Shown here: positions 30,236-40,386 of the stretch, in pieces
How positions within the stretch are numbered: position 1 is the stretch's first letter
How the letters are laid out: each line of letters starts with the position of its first letter
Notes under the pieces: model-generated
The model's database searches: none
What the model was told of the DNA's origin: nothing
What the model saw: the letters and a program-made list of their open reading frames with translations, nothing else
Origin: Candidatus Uhrbacteria bacterium
Lineage (GTDB): Bacteria > Patescibacteriota > Patescibacteriia > GWA2-47-26
DNA length: 64,000 bases
NCBI GenBank assembly: GCA_016187515.1
Contig: JACPJN010000006.1
Span: 64,856-128,855 of the forward strand
Direction: 5' to 3'
Made by a program: the position numbers and the translations under genes

Positions 30236-30394
30236 TAAACCATCTGTGCAAAAAAGAGTCCGGCCGGACCCTTTTTTGATTACTTATTTTTGCCGCAATT
30301 GAATTGAATTGGCGGTATTTCAATTTGTGATATTTTCCATTAACTTGACAAACTCCAGCCGCCTTGATACTCTGCGTATAAGGAGGAACACATG
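30165..30394. repeat. ~230-bp cassette junction repeat, copy 2
   Basis: Palindrome CAAAAAAGAGTCCGG/CCGGACCCTTTTTTG at 30249-30278; TTGACA(30345)-17-TACTCT; AAGGAGG RBS. Confidence 0.9.
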
Positions 30395-31279
30395 CACATC
30401 AAAACGTTCTTTTTCCTTTTTGCGCTGACATCTGGCGGGTGTACCAAATCTCTCATTTCTGACATGCACCGCGATGGTGGCATTGAAGGCGACCAGCCGT
30501 GCCCGGAAGAAGGGTGCGCAACCGATATCCCCTGCGCCTCGACGGACGACTGCGTTCAATTGGATGATTCACCATGCCACGCTACGTTTTGCCACTCCGG
30601 TTTAGGAACTTGCTGGTGGCATCCATGGGACGGCGACGGCGACGGATTTCTGTCTACACTATGCGGGGGACGTGATTGTTTGGAGGCAGCGCCTTGTTCG
30701 GATCCTGTCACGCCGAAGTGCCTCCTCAGATATAAAAGTGCGCAGAGAACCTATGAAGGTGCGCCAGAGGTGTGCGATGGGCTGGACAATGATTGTGACA
30801 AGCGTGTAGATGAAGGCATCCACTGCGAAGTAGAGGATACTTGTCCTAAGGATACATTCGCGCTTGAATCCACCGAGGGAAATCCGGACGACTGTGACGC
30901 GCCAGAGTCGGAACGCTTTGTGGAGCCGTCCAACAACTCGTTTGCAGGCGCTCCGCTGCTGAATGCGAACGCTGCAGGTTCTGTCTTCGGCGAGTTCCAT
31001 GTGTGTTGGCCCGGCGATGTGGACATCTACGGCTGGCGTATGACCAGACCCGGCCCCTACCGATTCTGCGTGAATTTCACCCATCGCCATGGTGATTTGG
31101 ATGTTGCCTTCTTTGGTCCCGCGCACCAAATAGTCGCGCGTTCACAGTCATGCACCGACAATGAAGAGATTGAGGTACAAGTGCCGCCACAGCAAAAGGA
31201 CGCTCTGTGGTTTATCGCGGTCAACGGCTGGGATGGCGCAACCAACAGCTACACGATCGCTTTGGGCGATTGCCGCTAA
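30392..31279 (+). CDS. MopE-repeat lipoprotein with C-terminal PPC-like domain (passenger 3)
   Basis: SGGC lipobox-like, GAPEVCDGLDNDCDKRVDEG, EPSNN..GDVDIY..GDLDVAFF..DNEEI. Confidence 0.8.
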   Translation: MHIKTFFFLFALTSGGCTKSLISDMHRDGGIEGDQPCPEEGCATDIPCASTDDCVQLDDSPCHATFCHSGLGTCWWHPWDGDGDGFLSTLCGGRDCLEAAPCSDPVTPKCLLRYKSAQRTYEGAPEVCDGLDNDCDKRVDEGIHCEVEDTCPKDTFALESTEGNPDDCDAPESERFVEPSNNSFAGAPLLNANAAGSVFGEFHVCWPGDVDIYGWRMTRPGPYRFCVNFTHRHGDLDVAFFGPAHQIVARSQSCTDNEEIEVQVPPQQKDALWFIAVNGWDGATNSYTIALGDCR

Positions 31280-31417
31280 ACCACGCGCAATAGAACTCCG
31301 TGCCGCCGTGCGCGGGACATACGATATATGCACAAAGCCGAGGTTAGGAGAACCACGGCTTTTTTTAGGTCCAAACTACCTGTCACCGTTTAGTTTCCAC
31401 TCGGCCATCATCCGCGA

Positions 31418-34400
31418 TCATGGCGCTACAATTATCCGTCCATCAAACACTGTCCATCCGCCTGGGGATTGCGACGCGGGCCGATCAGGGTTCCAAGGAT
31501 GGTTACAGGCCGAATCAATACAACTCCCATTAACCGCCCCGTCAATACCACCGCATATTCCATTGCAATATCCCCAATTATCTTTTATTTGCACTGCCGG
31601 ACGAAACACACAGCATCCGCCGCGCACGCCAGAAGCCGGACAGGTATCAACCCAATTCGGACCCACCCCTCGTTCACAAGTATAGAGAGTTTCAAATTGA
31701 AATGGCTGTCCAATACAGCTGACATTTTCTTGCAAGCCAAAGTTGGTTCCGTCGCATAATGGCGCATGATTTTGGAATAACCCGTCTAATCGCGTGATCT
31801 GTTGGTCATCATCCCAATCAATACTAACCCGCCCAATCGGCATGTGGTCTTTATCAGCAACTCCATAAAATTGTAGTGTGGTTAGTAATGAACCGCGTCT
31901 GGAGATAATATCTCCTTCTATATATTGACCGCCCTCTGCAATTATACGTACATCGGATACTTCCGGTGTCCTTAACCTGCCTTGCATACGGGCATCCCAT
32001 GCTCCTACTACACCTATTCCGGTCTCCACCGCGTCAAATTGACTATATCGCCCCCTGTGAGGTTTTGTATCAGAATTAACCGGTCCCCAGCTAAATCCTT
32101 TAAATGACCGGGCAAATAATTGTTGTATATCTGCTTCCGCGCGTGCTGCATTAGATGGATCCGCGTCAGTTAAGGGCTCTTCCGGTCCCGCTGTAATCCT
32201 ACTACCTGTACCGGGATTAGGTATGGAAGAATTAACTGCGCATTTGTGAATTGAGTGCCCTCCGCCACAAGTGCCCCCTCTTAACTCGCACAGTCGCCTG
32301 GCATTTCCATACGTCCGGCATGTACCTGTAACACCACCAGGCCTATTGGGTGTAAATTCCGCAGTTATACCATCGCTTGCAGAGCTACTGCATGCTGAAC
32401 TCTCTACATTATAAGATGTACCTAGAGGAATTCGCTCCGAAACACAAGTGTGACCGTCATCCGCTCCCCCAACACAGGTGGATGCTTGCAAACTGTAGGA
32501 AGAGGTATGGTTATTATTTAGTGTACTAAATGGCGCGATGGATTCAGCGCAGGAAAATGGCCATCCAGCAAATTCTGAAAGATCGCGGATGCTATCACTG
32601 GCTTCCATTCTGTTCCAATTAAGAAACCATGGATTGTTATTGCCGCTCGTTGGCGGATCATCTTGCGCGGATGAAGATCCAAATGGAGGTAGGCCTGTAT
32701 TGTAATTATAATCCAGGCCATAATTCTCAACTACATGGGTTGTTGATGGCCATAATCTATCTGTCCAAGGCGCGCTGCGCAAAGGATCCACTTTGGTTAT
32801 GTCAGTACATTGCGGATTCAGACGCACTTTAACATCGAAATATACTTCTGCGCTATGTTCATTAGTACACACTGCCAGACGGATGTACTCTAATCGCTGA
32901 TTATCATCAAACCGAAGCAATACTGCTGCGGCATCATAAGCTGAAGCTGGCAGGTCTCTACCGACGATGTCAGTACAATGTATAATATGCTCGGGAATAT
33001 TAACTGAATAATCTCGCAATGCTTCTGCCAATCCTCTTAATGCAGTACTACTCATCCCACACCCGCGGCCAACTCCAGTATCATTGCAATTATCATCAGA
33101 AGCCCACCACCACCAATCTTCGTCCACTTCGGCAAGGGTATTCCAGCTCAGATAATGAATGCCGTCGTCTACGTCGCCTAGAAGGCGACTATCATTGACA
33201 GCATCGTTATTATTGGCCTCAAGATAATAATTTCCATTTAGCGCAGACGCCTTCCAGGGCTCTCCCGCAACCCCCGCAATCTCCACAATGACTCCTTTAA
33301 TATCATACTTACGTATATCATAATCTAATGGCACCTCAAAGGTACGGATGACTGCTTCGTCGCCGCCACTGCGGCGCCTTCCTTGGTCATCTGCACCGGC
33401 TCTAATACGGAACCCATTTGCACCCAAAATTTCCGGGAACCTTATTTCTCGCACCGGTTCATCTGATGCAAGGCACCAATACTGTCCGCCAACGGGGGGT
33501 ATTTGGTAACCGGCTTGGGCAAATTGATTGTTGATATCAACCGCTGCCGCTAGTTGATCAACCGGCCACCAAGTTAGACAAGCGCTGCGGTCTGGATCAT
33601 TGTAAATGCGGGAGTATGGCGCGGTATCTTGCTCAAGACAGTATCCTTGCCAACCGCGTACAATCAAATCCGCTGTCCTTATAGGACCATCATCACGATT
33701 ATCAAGATTACCCGGCGTAGTTTCGCGGGTAATCGGGTAATATCGCACATTGCCAATACCATATTCTGCTTTCTTATAATCACAACCGCATACCCGTATT
33801 CCATCGTCAATCTCGGCAAAAGGTGTTACGCATTTCGGCGCATTGGAAAATGCGGGAGAGTTAATCGTGCCCGTCCGCTCTCCCACTACTCCACTTTTGG
33901 GGAATGGCGAATTAACCTCTGGAAATCCGCGGCACAGCGGCTGCTGAAGAAGTATGGGGGCTGCTTCGGCAGGTGTAGGGGGTGTAAATGCAAGATAATA
34001 ATTCCGCCCCTGAAATTCAGGACTACTCACATCTATTTCTCTTAATTTTTCAAGAGGATATAAATTTGGAATTGCGTATCCAGCGTATTCCGCACCAAAG
34101 AAAGACCGATCGCGTTTTCGGTATATTTCACTGTTCAAAGTCTGCGATTCGCAAATACCTCCCCTTGCAATACATTCTGATGGTGTTATTTGATCTTCAG
34201 CATAAGGATGCGGCGCACATGCTTTAGTTCTATCTATGCCTACAACACAAACTGCTGGTTCCGGATTGATAATCCATCCTCCGCAATTCTGCAAAGTTGG
34301 ACCCCCGCTGGCGGCAGGAAGCGGAATTTTTGCGCAACGTCCAATTCCCAGACAAGCGGTTTTTATTTTCTGATCTTCCGGGGACCAGACCAACTGCGCG

Positions 34401-37400
34401 CGGGTGCACTGCAGCCACTCGGCGCACTCCCTGTCGCGGGCTACTTTAAGCAAAGTGTTGACATTGTTTATAGGTTCGCATATACCTCCCCCCTCCACGC
34501 AAACCGCTTCACCAATGTCTAAATTTCGATCAGCCAGCACAATGCCGCCGGTTGTTGGCAGGCACCACTTGCTGTTATGTGTGCCCCCACGGCATCGCCT
34601 ATCTCTCCTACCTGATTCGGTAACCGGAGGTACCACCGCCCCGCCCTGTCGTTCGCTTTCGTCGTAGGTTGCTTGCGCCGACCAAAGCTCGGCCGGATTT
34701 TCAGTGTTGTCAAACAGCACGCACCCTTCTTTGCGCGAAACCAAACCTCGGCACTCACTCCGGGCAACGGCCAGCCGTTCATTATCTTTACGGTAATAGG
34801 GCTTGCCGTCCGGGTGCTCCGGCGCTGTATCGGTGGGATCCACAAACTCGGCGCAAGTTGACTCGGCTTTTGGACAAAGCCCTACGCGCCGGCCTGCCGC
34901 ATACCCCGCATCCGCATTGCGCCAAATCCCAAAGGTTGATCCGCCGGTAAGATAGTCGTCTATTGGTTCCAAAAAGTTAAACCTTGTGAAAGGGGAAACC
35001 CCTCCATAGCAAGGTGTGTCTGCGACACATATTCCTTCTGTAGATGAAGTCGCCTGCCACTGGCCCCCAATTCCAGCGGTACACTTTTGTTGACACACAC
35101 TACAGGGTGGATTCGCACCTCCCTGGTCACAACTATCACAATTATCAATCCCATAACCACCAGAAAAAATATCCACACGGCGTCCTTCTGCGTCAATGCA
35201 CTTCTTAATAGATTGATTCCAAGTACCATATCCTTCGCATTGCGATTTAGTGGGAGGCGTCAGAAAAGAAGTAGACACCCTTTGCTTCTCCTTTTTAAAC
35301 CACCCTGAAAAGCTGCCAAGTCCAATCCGCACATTTTCCCGCCACTCGCAAAATCCGCCACCGGCTACTTCCGGGTCTTTGAAGTATGACTCGCTGCCAT
35401 TACTGCGCGACCACGCCGCGCAGCCGGTGGCCTCAACCGCGCAAAGATCAGAACCATAACGAGTGGGATCGTTGCGGCGATACACCGCGGCGGTCTCGCC
35501 GGCATTAACCCCCAGCGCTTGGCATCCTTTTTGTTCGGCTTTACAGACAATGTCCGGCCGCACCTCGGGATTGATGACTACATAACGCAAACGATCCGCG
35601 TCAACCGTAACATCGTCTTCCGAATCCGGAGCGGATGCTCCAGTATTAAAGGTCTCTTCAAACGGGGAGACGGTCAGCCGCGTGTCAATCAAACGGCTGC
35701 AGCCAACCGACTCATCCCGACACAGGCGCGAAAACGAACGCAAGTAGGAAGCGCCGCCCGCGCGATCCGTATAACTATTGCATCCGAGCATTGCTCCGCG
35801 CAGCGGTCCTCCGCCGACGGCCGCGGGCAGCTCATCACAAGCCGCGGGAATATCCCAAGTATGTTTGACCAGATATAGCGTATCGGAAACCGCACGCAAA
35901 CGCACCTCATCAATAAAGTAAGTAATGGCGTTTCCGGAAACATTCTTAAAGGTTAGCGCTGCCGGCACATCCGCCAATACCACCGGACCTAAGTCAAAGA
36001 ATTGCCAATCCGGAGTCAGCCGGAGGTTGCCAAAATTTCCGCCGTTAAGCGCCACGTCCACTGAAGAGTTAATCGAACCTTTAACCACCATACTGACAAA
36101 ATAGGTAGCTCCGCCTTCCAGTCCGGCCCCCTCCAGCGCGCGAGAAAGCGTGGAATCATGCGCCGCCCCGCGCACGCGCAGGGACTTATCGCCCACGCGC
36201 AAGGCCTCCGCGGAAAGCTCTGCCCGGCCCCCGTCGGTCCGGGTCCACCGCACTGTTGCATCATCGCCAGCCGGGAAAGTATCATTAAACAGCATGCGCA
36301 CATTGCCGGCCGTATCGCCCTTAAAGCCGCGGCAGCCGGAAACCTGCGGCCGACACGATTTTGATGCCGACGGCGCGCCTAGATAGACGCACTGCAGCGT
36401 AGCCGTATTCCAGAAACCATGGCTGTCTTCACAGGCCAAGCGTTCGAGCGTCGAGCGCAGCGCGCCTGCGGACTCTCCAGCCAGCGCCGGAACTTCCGGA
36501 AGGCGATCCGTCGTAAACCCGGTCCAGCGGTAGACCTGGCACTCGGGGGTGGAAAGAATGGTCTGCGAAATTCTACGGTGAAAAATGTTGCCGTTTTCAT
36601 CGTAGAAAGCCCGACAATCCGCGCGCTCTTCCAAAGACAAGTCCGGATCAGCTGAATTGCAAACCGCTTGATTTTCCTCGCGATCCTCGCAAGTTACGGT
36701 AATGGCCTGCGTGGCCCTCTCCACGCTGACCGCGTAATTGGTACAAGGCGGAACCGCGCGGTCGCGATTATGCTCCACGGCCAAATCCTCGGAATCAGTC
36801 GTATAGAAAATATTGGAAGATTTCAAATTAAAACTGCGCAACTGATACCCGCGCTCGTCCGAACCCTCCCAGGTAAAGTAGGTTTTTGAATCATCGCCGG
36901 GAACGGGCGTCTGGCACGCGCGCAGATCAGTATAATACTCCCGGGCTTCAGTACGCAGATTAGTAAACTCATCACAGCCGGCCTCTGGCGCGGTGCATTT
37001 CGCGGTGCGGCTGGGAATAATCCTGTACATCTGCTCTTCGGCTCTTCCCGCAGGCCAAAGGCCTCCGCGCCCCTCTTCTCCGAGTTCCTGTCTCGTGAAC
37101 GCCGGCTCAAATCGCGAGGACTGCTTGATATAAGTATCATAGCCCACGCAGGATTGCGGACACTCGTCCAGGGCCGTCTTAATTCCCGGAATCGGATCTC
37201 CGCCTAAGGTGGGGGTATACCGCTCACAGCTCGCTTCTTCCGGTCGGCACATACCCGCGTACTGGCCGCATTCGGGTACGTCCGTGCTCTCCCCGGTACA
37301 ACCCAGGTAATCCGGGGGCAAACGGTAATACACATTTTGCTGCGCGCCAACATACGCATGGCCGTCATGGTAGTCAGTCGGCGCAAATCCTTCTTCAAGC

Positions 37401-40372
37401 TGAATGGCATCAACCATCAAACCCGGGGCCAAAGAATCCTGCGCGTGCGCGGGCATGATCAGGCGATCTAAAATGCTTCCACTGCCGGCGGCAATGGTCA
37501 GGTTATTAGGCACTTCAATCCATAATGTTGAAATTCTCAACTGCGCATCGTCTGCGGCAGTAAAGGGCAGCGCAAAACGGCAGGAAAACCGCTCATAGGA
37601 GCCGCTGGCGCGGATGTATTTGGTTATCGTGCTGTCGCCAACCACATCGCAATCACTCGGCTGGCCGCGCATACTTACGCCCGCTGCGTTCAGCCCGGCA
37701 AAAGTTATTTGCAATCGCGGGGGATTGGCCGGTAAATATGCGGTCTGGGGAGTCAATTTCGCGTACAAAGAAACTGTATAAGTTTTTCCGGGCGTTACAT
37801 TTATGGTTTGGTTCATCCGTAATGAGTGGTACGCCGTAACGGCAGGTTGTTGCGGTGAAACTCTGGTTCCCTTTTGGGTTGCCGCGCCTTTTCCCTGCGT
37901 ATCCCGCACAGTACGACCGCCAGTTCCTGCCGGAGATGTGCCGTCAGCACTACCGGAACGCGCATCCCCGGCCCTTATTCCGCTTGGCGCTCTTGGCGGC
38001 GCGGCTTCATCTTCGTCCGTTTCTTGATCTGAAGTGGAAGCGCCTATTCCGGTACCTCTAATACCGCCGGTCGCGCCCTCTTGCACGGCTGCCCCTGTCC
38101 CTGTGTCATCTTTATCGTCAGTTGGTGCAGTGCCTGTACTACCCAACGTAGTGCCGTGCGAACTTGCTATTGTATAATCCGGGATGGCCGCGCTTAGGTC
38201 TGATGAGCTGATAATCAACATTGCTCCTGCGCCATGATAAGCGTCCCCGACCCCGCGCAGGTAAGAGTTGTATGATGGTATTCTAACCCAACCATCCGGA
38301 AATCCGTTGCTATCCGCGTCGTTTTCAAACGATCCATTGTTTATCAAATTAATGGAGGATCCGACGTTGGCAATAAGCTCGGTACATCCTGCTGCGGACG
38401 AATCGCATGCTGGCGCGTCCTGATCCAGGTAAAGGCGCCCGGACACGCCAAGATCCCAGCGCCACTGCCCATCCGTACTACGGCTCTGCCTGGTTAAATA
38501 GCGCGTACATCCGGCGTTGGCGGCATTGCACACTCCAAAATCCACGGTATTTTCCAAAAGCGACACCTCTTGCGGCCGCGCCCCGCCCTCGCCAGTCCCG
38601 CCTTTGCGGAAAGTATCGCACGAGGCATACTGCTCACCGCAATGCTCGCCGCCCAAGCCCCAGATATTTTTCTCCCGCGTGCAGTATCCGGTGGCGCGGC
38701 AGCTGCCGTCTTGGTCAAGCGCTACACAGTGCCGCAAATCCGCGCAGCTCTCTTGCCGCCCGGCGCCCGACAAATCCACCCGCTCGCCCCAAACCAACGC
38801 GTTACACTTGGCTGCCGGAGCTTTAAGTATCCAGTTGGGATCCACTAAACCGCAAAATGGGGATTCATCATCAATGGTGCCATCCGGGCGTTTCCCGCAC
38901 ACTCCATCTGGCCCGGTTTTATTCCACCCGTCAACCACTTCGCGCAAAGTAAAAGTTTGCCCACTTCCGCGGATTTTAAGCGCGGCAAATTCCCAACCCA
39001 CCGGAATAACGCGCAAAAGACGCAATTTTTTCATTGATGAATAAGGGTAACCCTCGGCAACAGTGGGCTCAATGCCTTCTTCCGGATTGATAAATCCAAA
39101 CGGCTTGGCGCCATCCAGTAGTCCATTGCGCGGATCCATCGCCTGCGCCACCGTGAACGGCTGTCCATCCGGACCGCCTTGCAAGGCCAGCATAAACTTA
39201 TCGTCAATGGTGCAATTAAATTGACTGGCGACGCGGGGATTAGCCGGACAGGCATTCAGCTCGGTCAAATATTCAAACGTGCCTTGGGGAGTGCGTATTG
39301 CTCCCGCGGCGGAAATCAGCCCGATCGCGCTTGATGAAAGACCAGCCGTGCCTTCCTGGGTGGGATCGCGAAACGTTCCGCCGCCAACCAGCGACCGCAG
39401 GTCCGGCGGCTGAAACGGCGCGCCTGGCCCAAAAATACCCTGCAGAGCAAGTCGGAGCATTCGAGAAATCAAGGTGTTGGTAAAAGTAGCCAGAACAGTG
39501 GTCCCCACCGCGGCCCAAACCTGGCCGCTCCCTAACGTCGCTCCCACAATCGCACCTACCTCCGGGGTTTGGTTTTCTCCCTGTTCGGTAATGTTTTCAA
39601 AATTTTTCCTGATCACGACCGAGGGAGTAGTAATATTGCCGGAAATCGGACTGATCTGCGGGCGAATTCCTTGTCCTTCTTCGCGTTCTTTCTCGGCGGC
39701 CTTCTCATCTCTGGCGATTTTGATGCGAAATTGTTCATGCGCGAGAAATGCCTGGCCAAAGTCGGTTTGCTTAGTATCAAAACCTAACGACACGTGGCGC
39801 AGAAGAGCGTTGGGATCTTGTACTTCGCGCACTAAATTCTGCCAATTATTGATTGTGCCGACAAAATCGCAGCGCGGAGTAGGCGGCTGGATTTCGGAAA
39901 TTAGTCCCAGTTGGATAGCCAGCCCAATATCGGGAAGGCGCGGATTGCAAAGATCAAAGCCCAGCTCGGCCCAGGGCTCGGCCAGGGTCCCGATAAATTC
40001 GCCGGCCGCGGCATAGAGCTTGGAAGTCAGATAAGTGCCGAAGGAGTCGCGAAACGCGCAAGCATTCTGACCGCGGCAGCCCGAAGCCAGCCCCACGGCT
40101 AAATCATAGGCAATCTGCTGGCCAAACAGCGTAATCGCGTTAATCAGTCCGACCGTGGCAGAAGCAATAATCGCTTGGCCAAAACCTAGGCGCACCTCGC
40201 GCTGAACTTCGATTGTCTCCAGCGCCGGGGCGCTGACCACCAGTTGCGCGCGCGCGCCTTGTGGAGTTCCCAACGCGCTTACCGCAAACACAAACGTAAA
40301 ACAGAAAAGCACGACACTGCCAATAATTTTCTGCCGCTTGATTGAATTTCTTTCAGATCCGCTAGGCGCCAT
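31418..40372 (-). CDS. Giant (2984 aa) Cys-rich exported/surface protein with CBM-like segments
   Basis: Uninterrupted ORF; signal/TM N-terminus, NLINNGSFE..DGW and TYTVSLYAK..DAIQLEEG CBM4/9-like motifs, dense Cys. Confidence 0.85.
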   Translation of the reverse strand: MAPSGSERNSIKRQKIIGSVVLFCFTFVFAVSALGTPQGARAQLVVSAPALETIEVQREVRLGFGQAIIASATVGLINAITLFGQQIAYDLAVGLASGCRGQNACAFRDSFGTYLTSKLYAAAGEFIGTLAEPWAELGFDLCNPRLPDIGLAIQLGLISEIQPPTPRCDFVGTINNWQNLVREVQDPNALLRHVSLGFDTKQTDFGQAFLAHEQFRIKIARDEKAAEKEREEGQGIRPQISPISGNITTPSVVIRKNFENITEQGENQTPEVGAIVGATLGSGQVWAAVGTTVLATFTNTLISRMLRLALQGIFGPGAPFQPPDLRSLVGGGTFRDPTQEGTAGLSSSAIGLISAAGAIRTPQGTFEYLTELNACPANPRVASQFNCTIDDKFMLALQGGPDGQPFTVAQAMDPRNGLLDGAKPFGFINPEEGIEPTVAEGYPYSSMKKLRLLRVIPVGWEFAALKIRGSGQTFTLREVVDGWNKTGPDGVCGKRPDGTIDDESPFCGLVDPNWILKAPAAKCNALVWGERVDLSGAGRQESCADLRHCVALDQDGSCRATGYCTREKNIWGLGGEHCGEQYASCDTFRKGGTGEGGARPQEVSLLENTVDFGVCNAANAGCTRYLTRQSRSTDGQWRWDLGVSGRLYLDQDAPACDSSAAGCTELIANVGSSINLINNGSFENDADSNGFPDGWVRIPSYNSYLRGVGDAYHGAGAMLIISSSDLSAAIPDYTIASSHGTTLGSTGTAPTDDKDDTGTGAAVQEGATGGIRGTGIGASTSDQETDEDEAAPPRAPSGIRAGDARSGSADGTSPAGTGGRTVRDTQGKGAATQKGTRVSPQQPAVTAYHSLRMNQTINVTPGKTYTVSLYAKLTPQTAYLPANPPRLQITFAGLNAAGVSMRGQPSDCDVVGDSTITKYIRASGSYERFSCRFALPFTAADDAQLRISTLWIEVPNNLTIAAGSGSILDRLIMPAHAQDSLAPGLMVDAIQLEEGFAPTDYHDGHAYVGAQQNVYYRLPPDYLGCTGESTDVPECGQYAGMCRPEEASCERYTPTLGGDPIPGIKTALDECPQSCVGYDTYIKQSSRFEPAFTRQELGEEGRGGLWPAGRAEEQMYRIIPSRTAKCTAPEAGCDEFTNLRTEAREYYTDLRACQTPVPGDDSKTYFTWEGSDERGYQLRSFNLKSSNIFYTTDSEDLAVEHNRDRAVPPCTNYAVSVERATQAITVTCEDREENQAVCNSADPDLSLEERADCRAFYDENGNIFHRRISQTILSTPECQVYRWTGFTTDRLPEVPALAGESAGALRSTLERLACEDSHGFWNTATLQCVYLGAPSASKSCRPQVSGCRGFKGDTAGNVRMLFNDTFPAGDDATVRWTRTDGGRAELSAEALRVGDKSLRVRGAAHDSTLSRALEGAGLEGGATYFVSMVVKGSINSSVDVALNGGNFGNLRLTPDWQFFDLGPVVLADVPAALTFKNVSGNAITYFIDEVRLRAVSDTLYLVKHTWDIPAACDELPAAVGGGPLRGAMLGCNSYTDRAGGASYLRSFSRLCRDESVGCSRLIDTRLTVSPFEETFNTGASAPDSEDDVTVDADRLRYVVINPEVRPDIVCKAEQKGCQALGVNAGETAAVYRRNDPTRYGSDLCAVEATGCAAWSRSNGSESYFKDPEVAGGGFCEWRENVRIGLGSFSGWFKKEKQRVSTSFLTPPTKSQCEGYGTWNQSIKKCIDAEGRRVDIFSGGYGIDNCDSCDQGGANPPCSVCQQKCTAGIGGQWQATSSTEGICVADTPCYGGVSPFTRFNFLEPIDDYLTGGSTFGIWRNADAGYAAGRRVGLCPKAESTCAEFVDPTDTAPEHPDGKPYYRKDNERLAVARSECRGLVSRKEGCVLFDNTENPAELWSAQATYDESERQGGAVVPPVTESGRRDRRCRGGTHNSKWCLPTTGGIVLADRNLDIGEAVCVEGGGICEPINNVNTLLKVARDRECAEWLQCTRAQLVWSPEDQKIKTACLGIGRCAKIPLPAASGGPTLQNCGGWIINPEPAVCVVGIDRTKACAPHPYAEDQITPSECIARGGICESQTLNSEIYRKRDRSFFGAEYAGYAIPNLYPLEKLREIDVSSPEFQGRNYYLAFTPPTPAEAAPILLQQPLCRGFPEVNSPFPKSGVVGERTGTINSPAFSNAPKCVTPFAEIDDGIRVCGCDYKKAEYGIGNVRYYPITRETTPGNLDNRDDGPIRTADLIVRGWQGYCLEQDTAPYSRIYNDPDRSACLTWWPVDQLAAAVDINNQFAQAGYQIPPVGGQYWCLASDEPVREIRFPEILGANGFRIRAGADDQGRRRSGGDEAVIRTFEVPLDYDIRKYDIKGVIVEIAGVAGEPWKASALNGNYYLEANNNDAVNDSRLLGDVDDGIHYLSWNTLAEVDEDWWWWASDDNCNDTGVGRGCGMSSTALRGLAEALRDYSVNIPEHIIHCTDIVGRDLPASAYDAAAVLLRFDDNQRLEYIRLAVCTNEHSAEVYFDVKVRLNPQCTDITKVDPLRSAPWTDRLWPSTTHVVENYGLDYNYNTGLPPFGSSSAQDDPPTSGNNNPWFLNWNRMEASDSIRDLSEFAGWPFSCAESIAPFSTLNNNHTSSYSLQASTCVGGADDGHTCVSERIPLGTSYNVESSACSSSASDGITAEFTPNRPGGVTGTCRTYGNARRLCELRGGTCGGGHSIHKCAVNSSIPNPGTGSRITAGPEEPLTDADPSNAARAEADIQQLFARSFKGFSWGPVNSDTKPHRGRYSQFDAVETGIGVVGAWDARMQGRLRTPEVSDVRIIAEGGQYIEGDIISRRGSLLTTLQFYGVADKDHMPIGRVSIDWDDDQQITRLDGLFQNHAPLCDGTNFGLQENVSCIGQPFQFETLYTCERGVGPNWVDTCPASGVRGGCCVFRPAVQIKDNWGYCNGICGGIDGAVNGSCIDSACNHPWNPDRPASQSPGGWTVFDGRIIVAP

Positions 40373-40386
40373 AGGTCCTATTGGTC

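Noticed and set aside
28782-31630. DGR template/variable repeat explanation for the duplicated C-termini
   Set aside because: Tails differ by indels and at all bases rather than only at adenines, and no reverse transcriptase is present.
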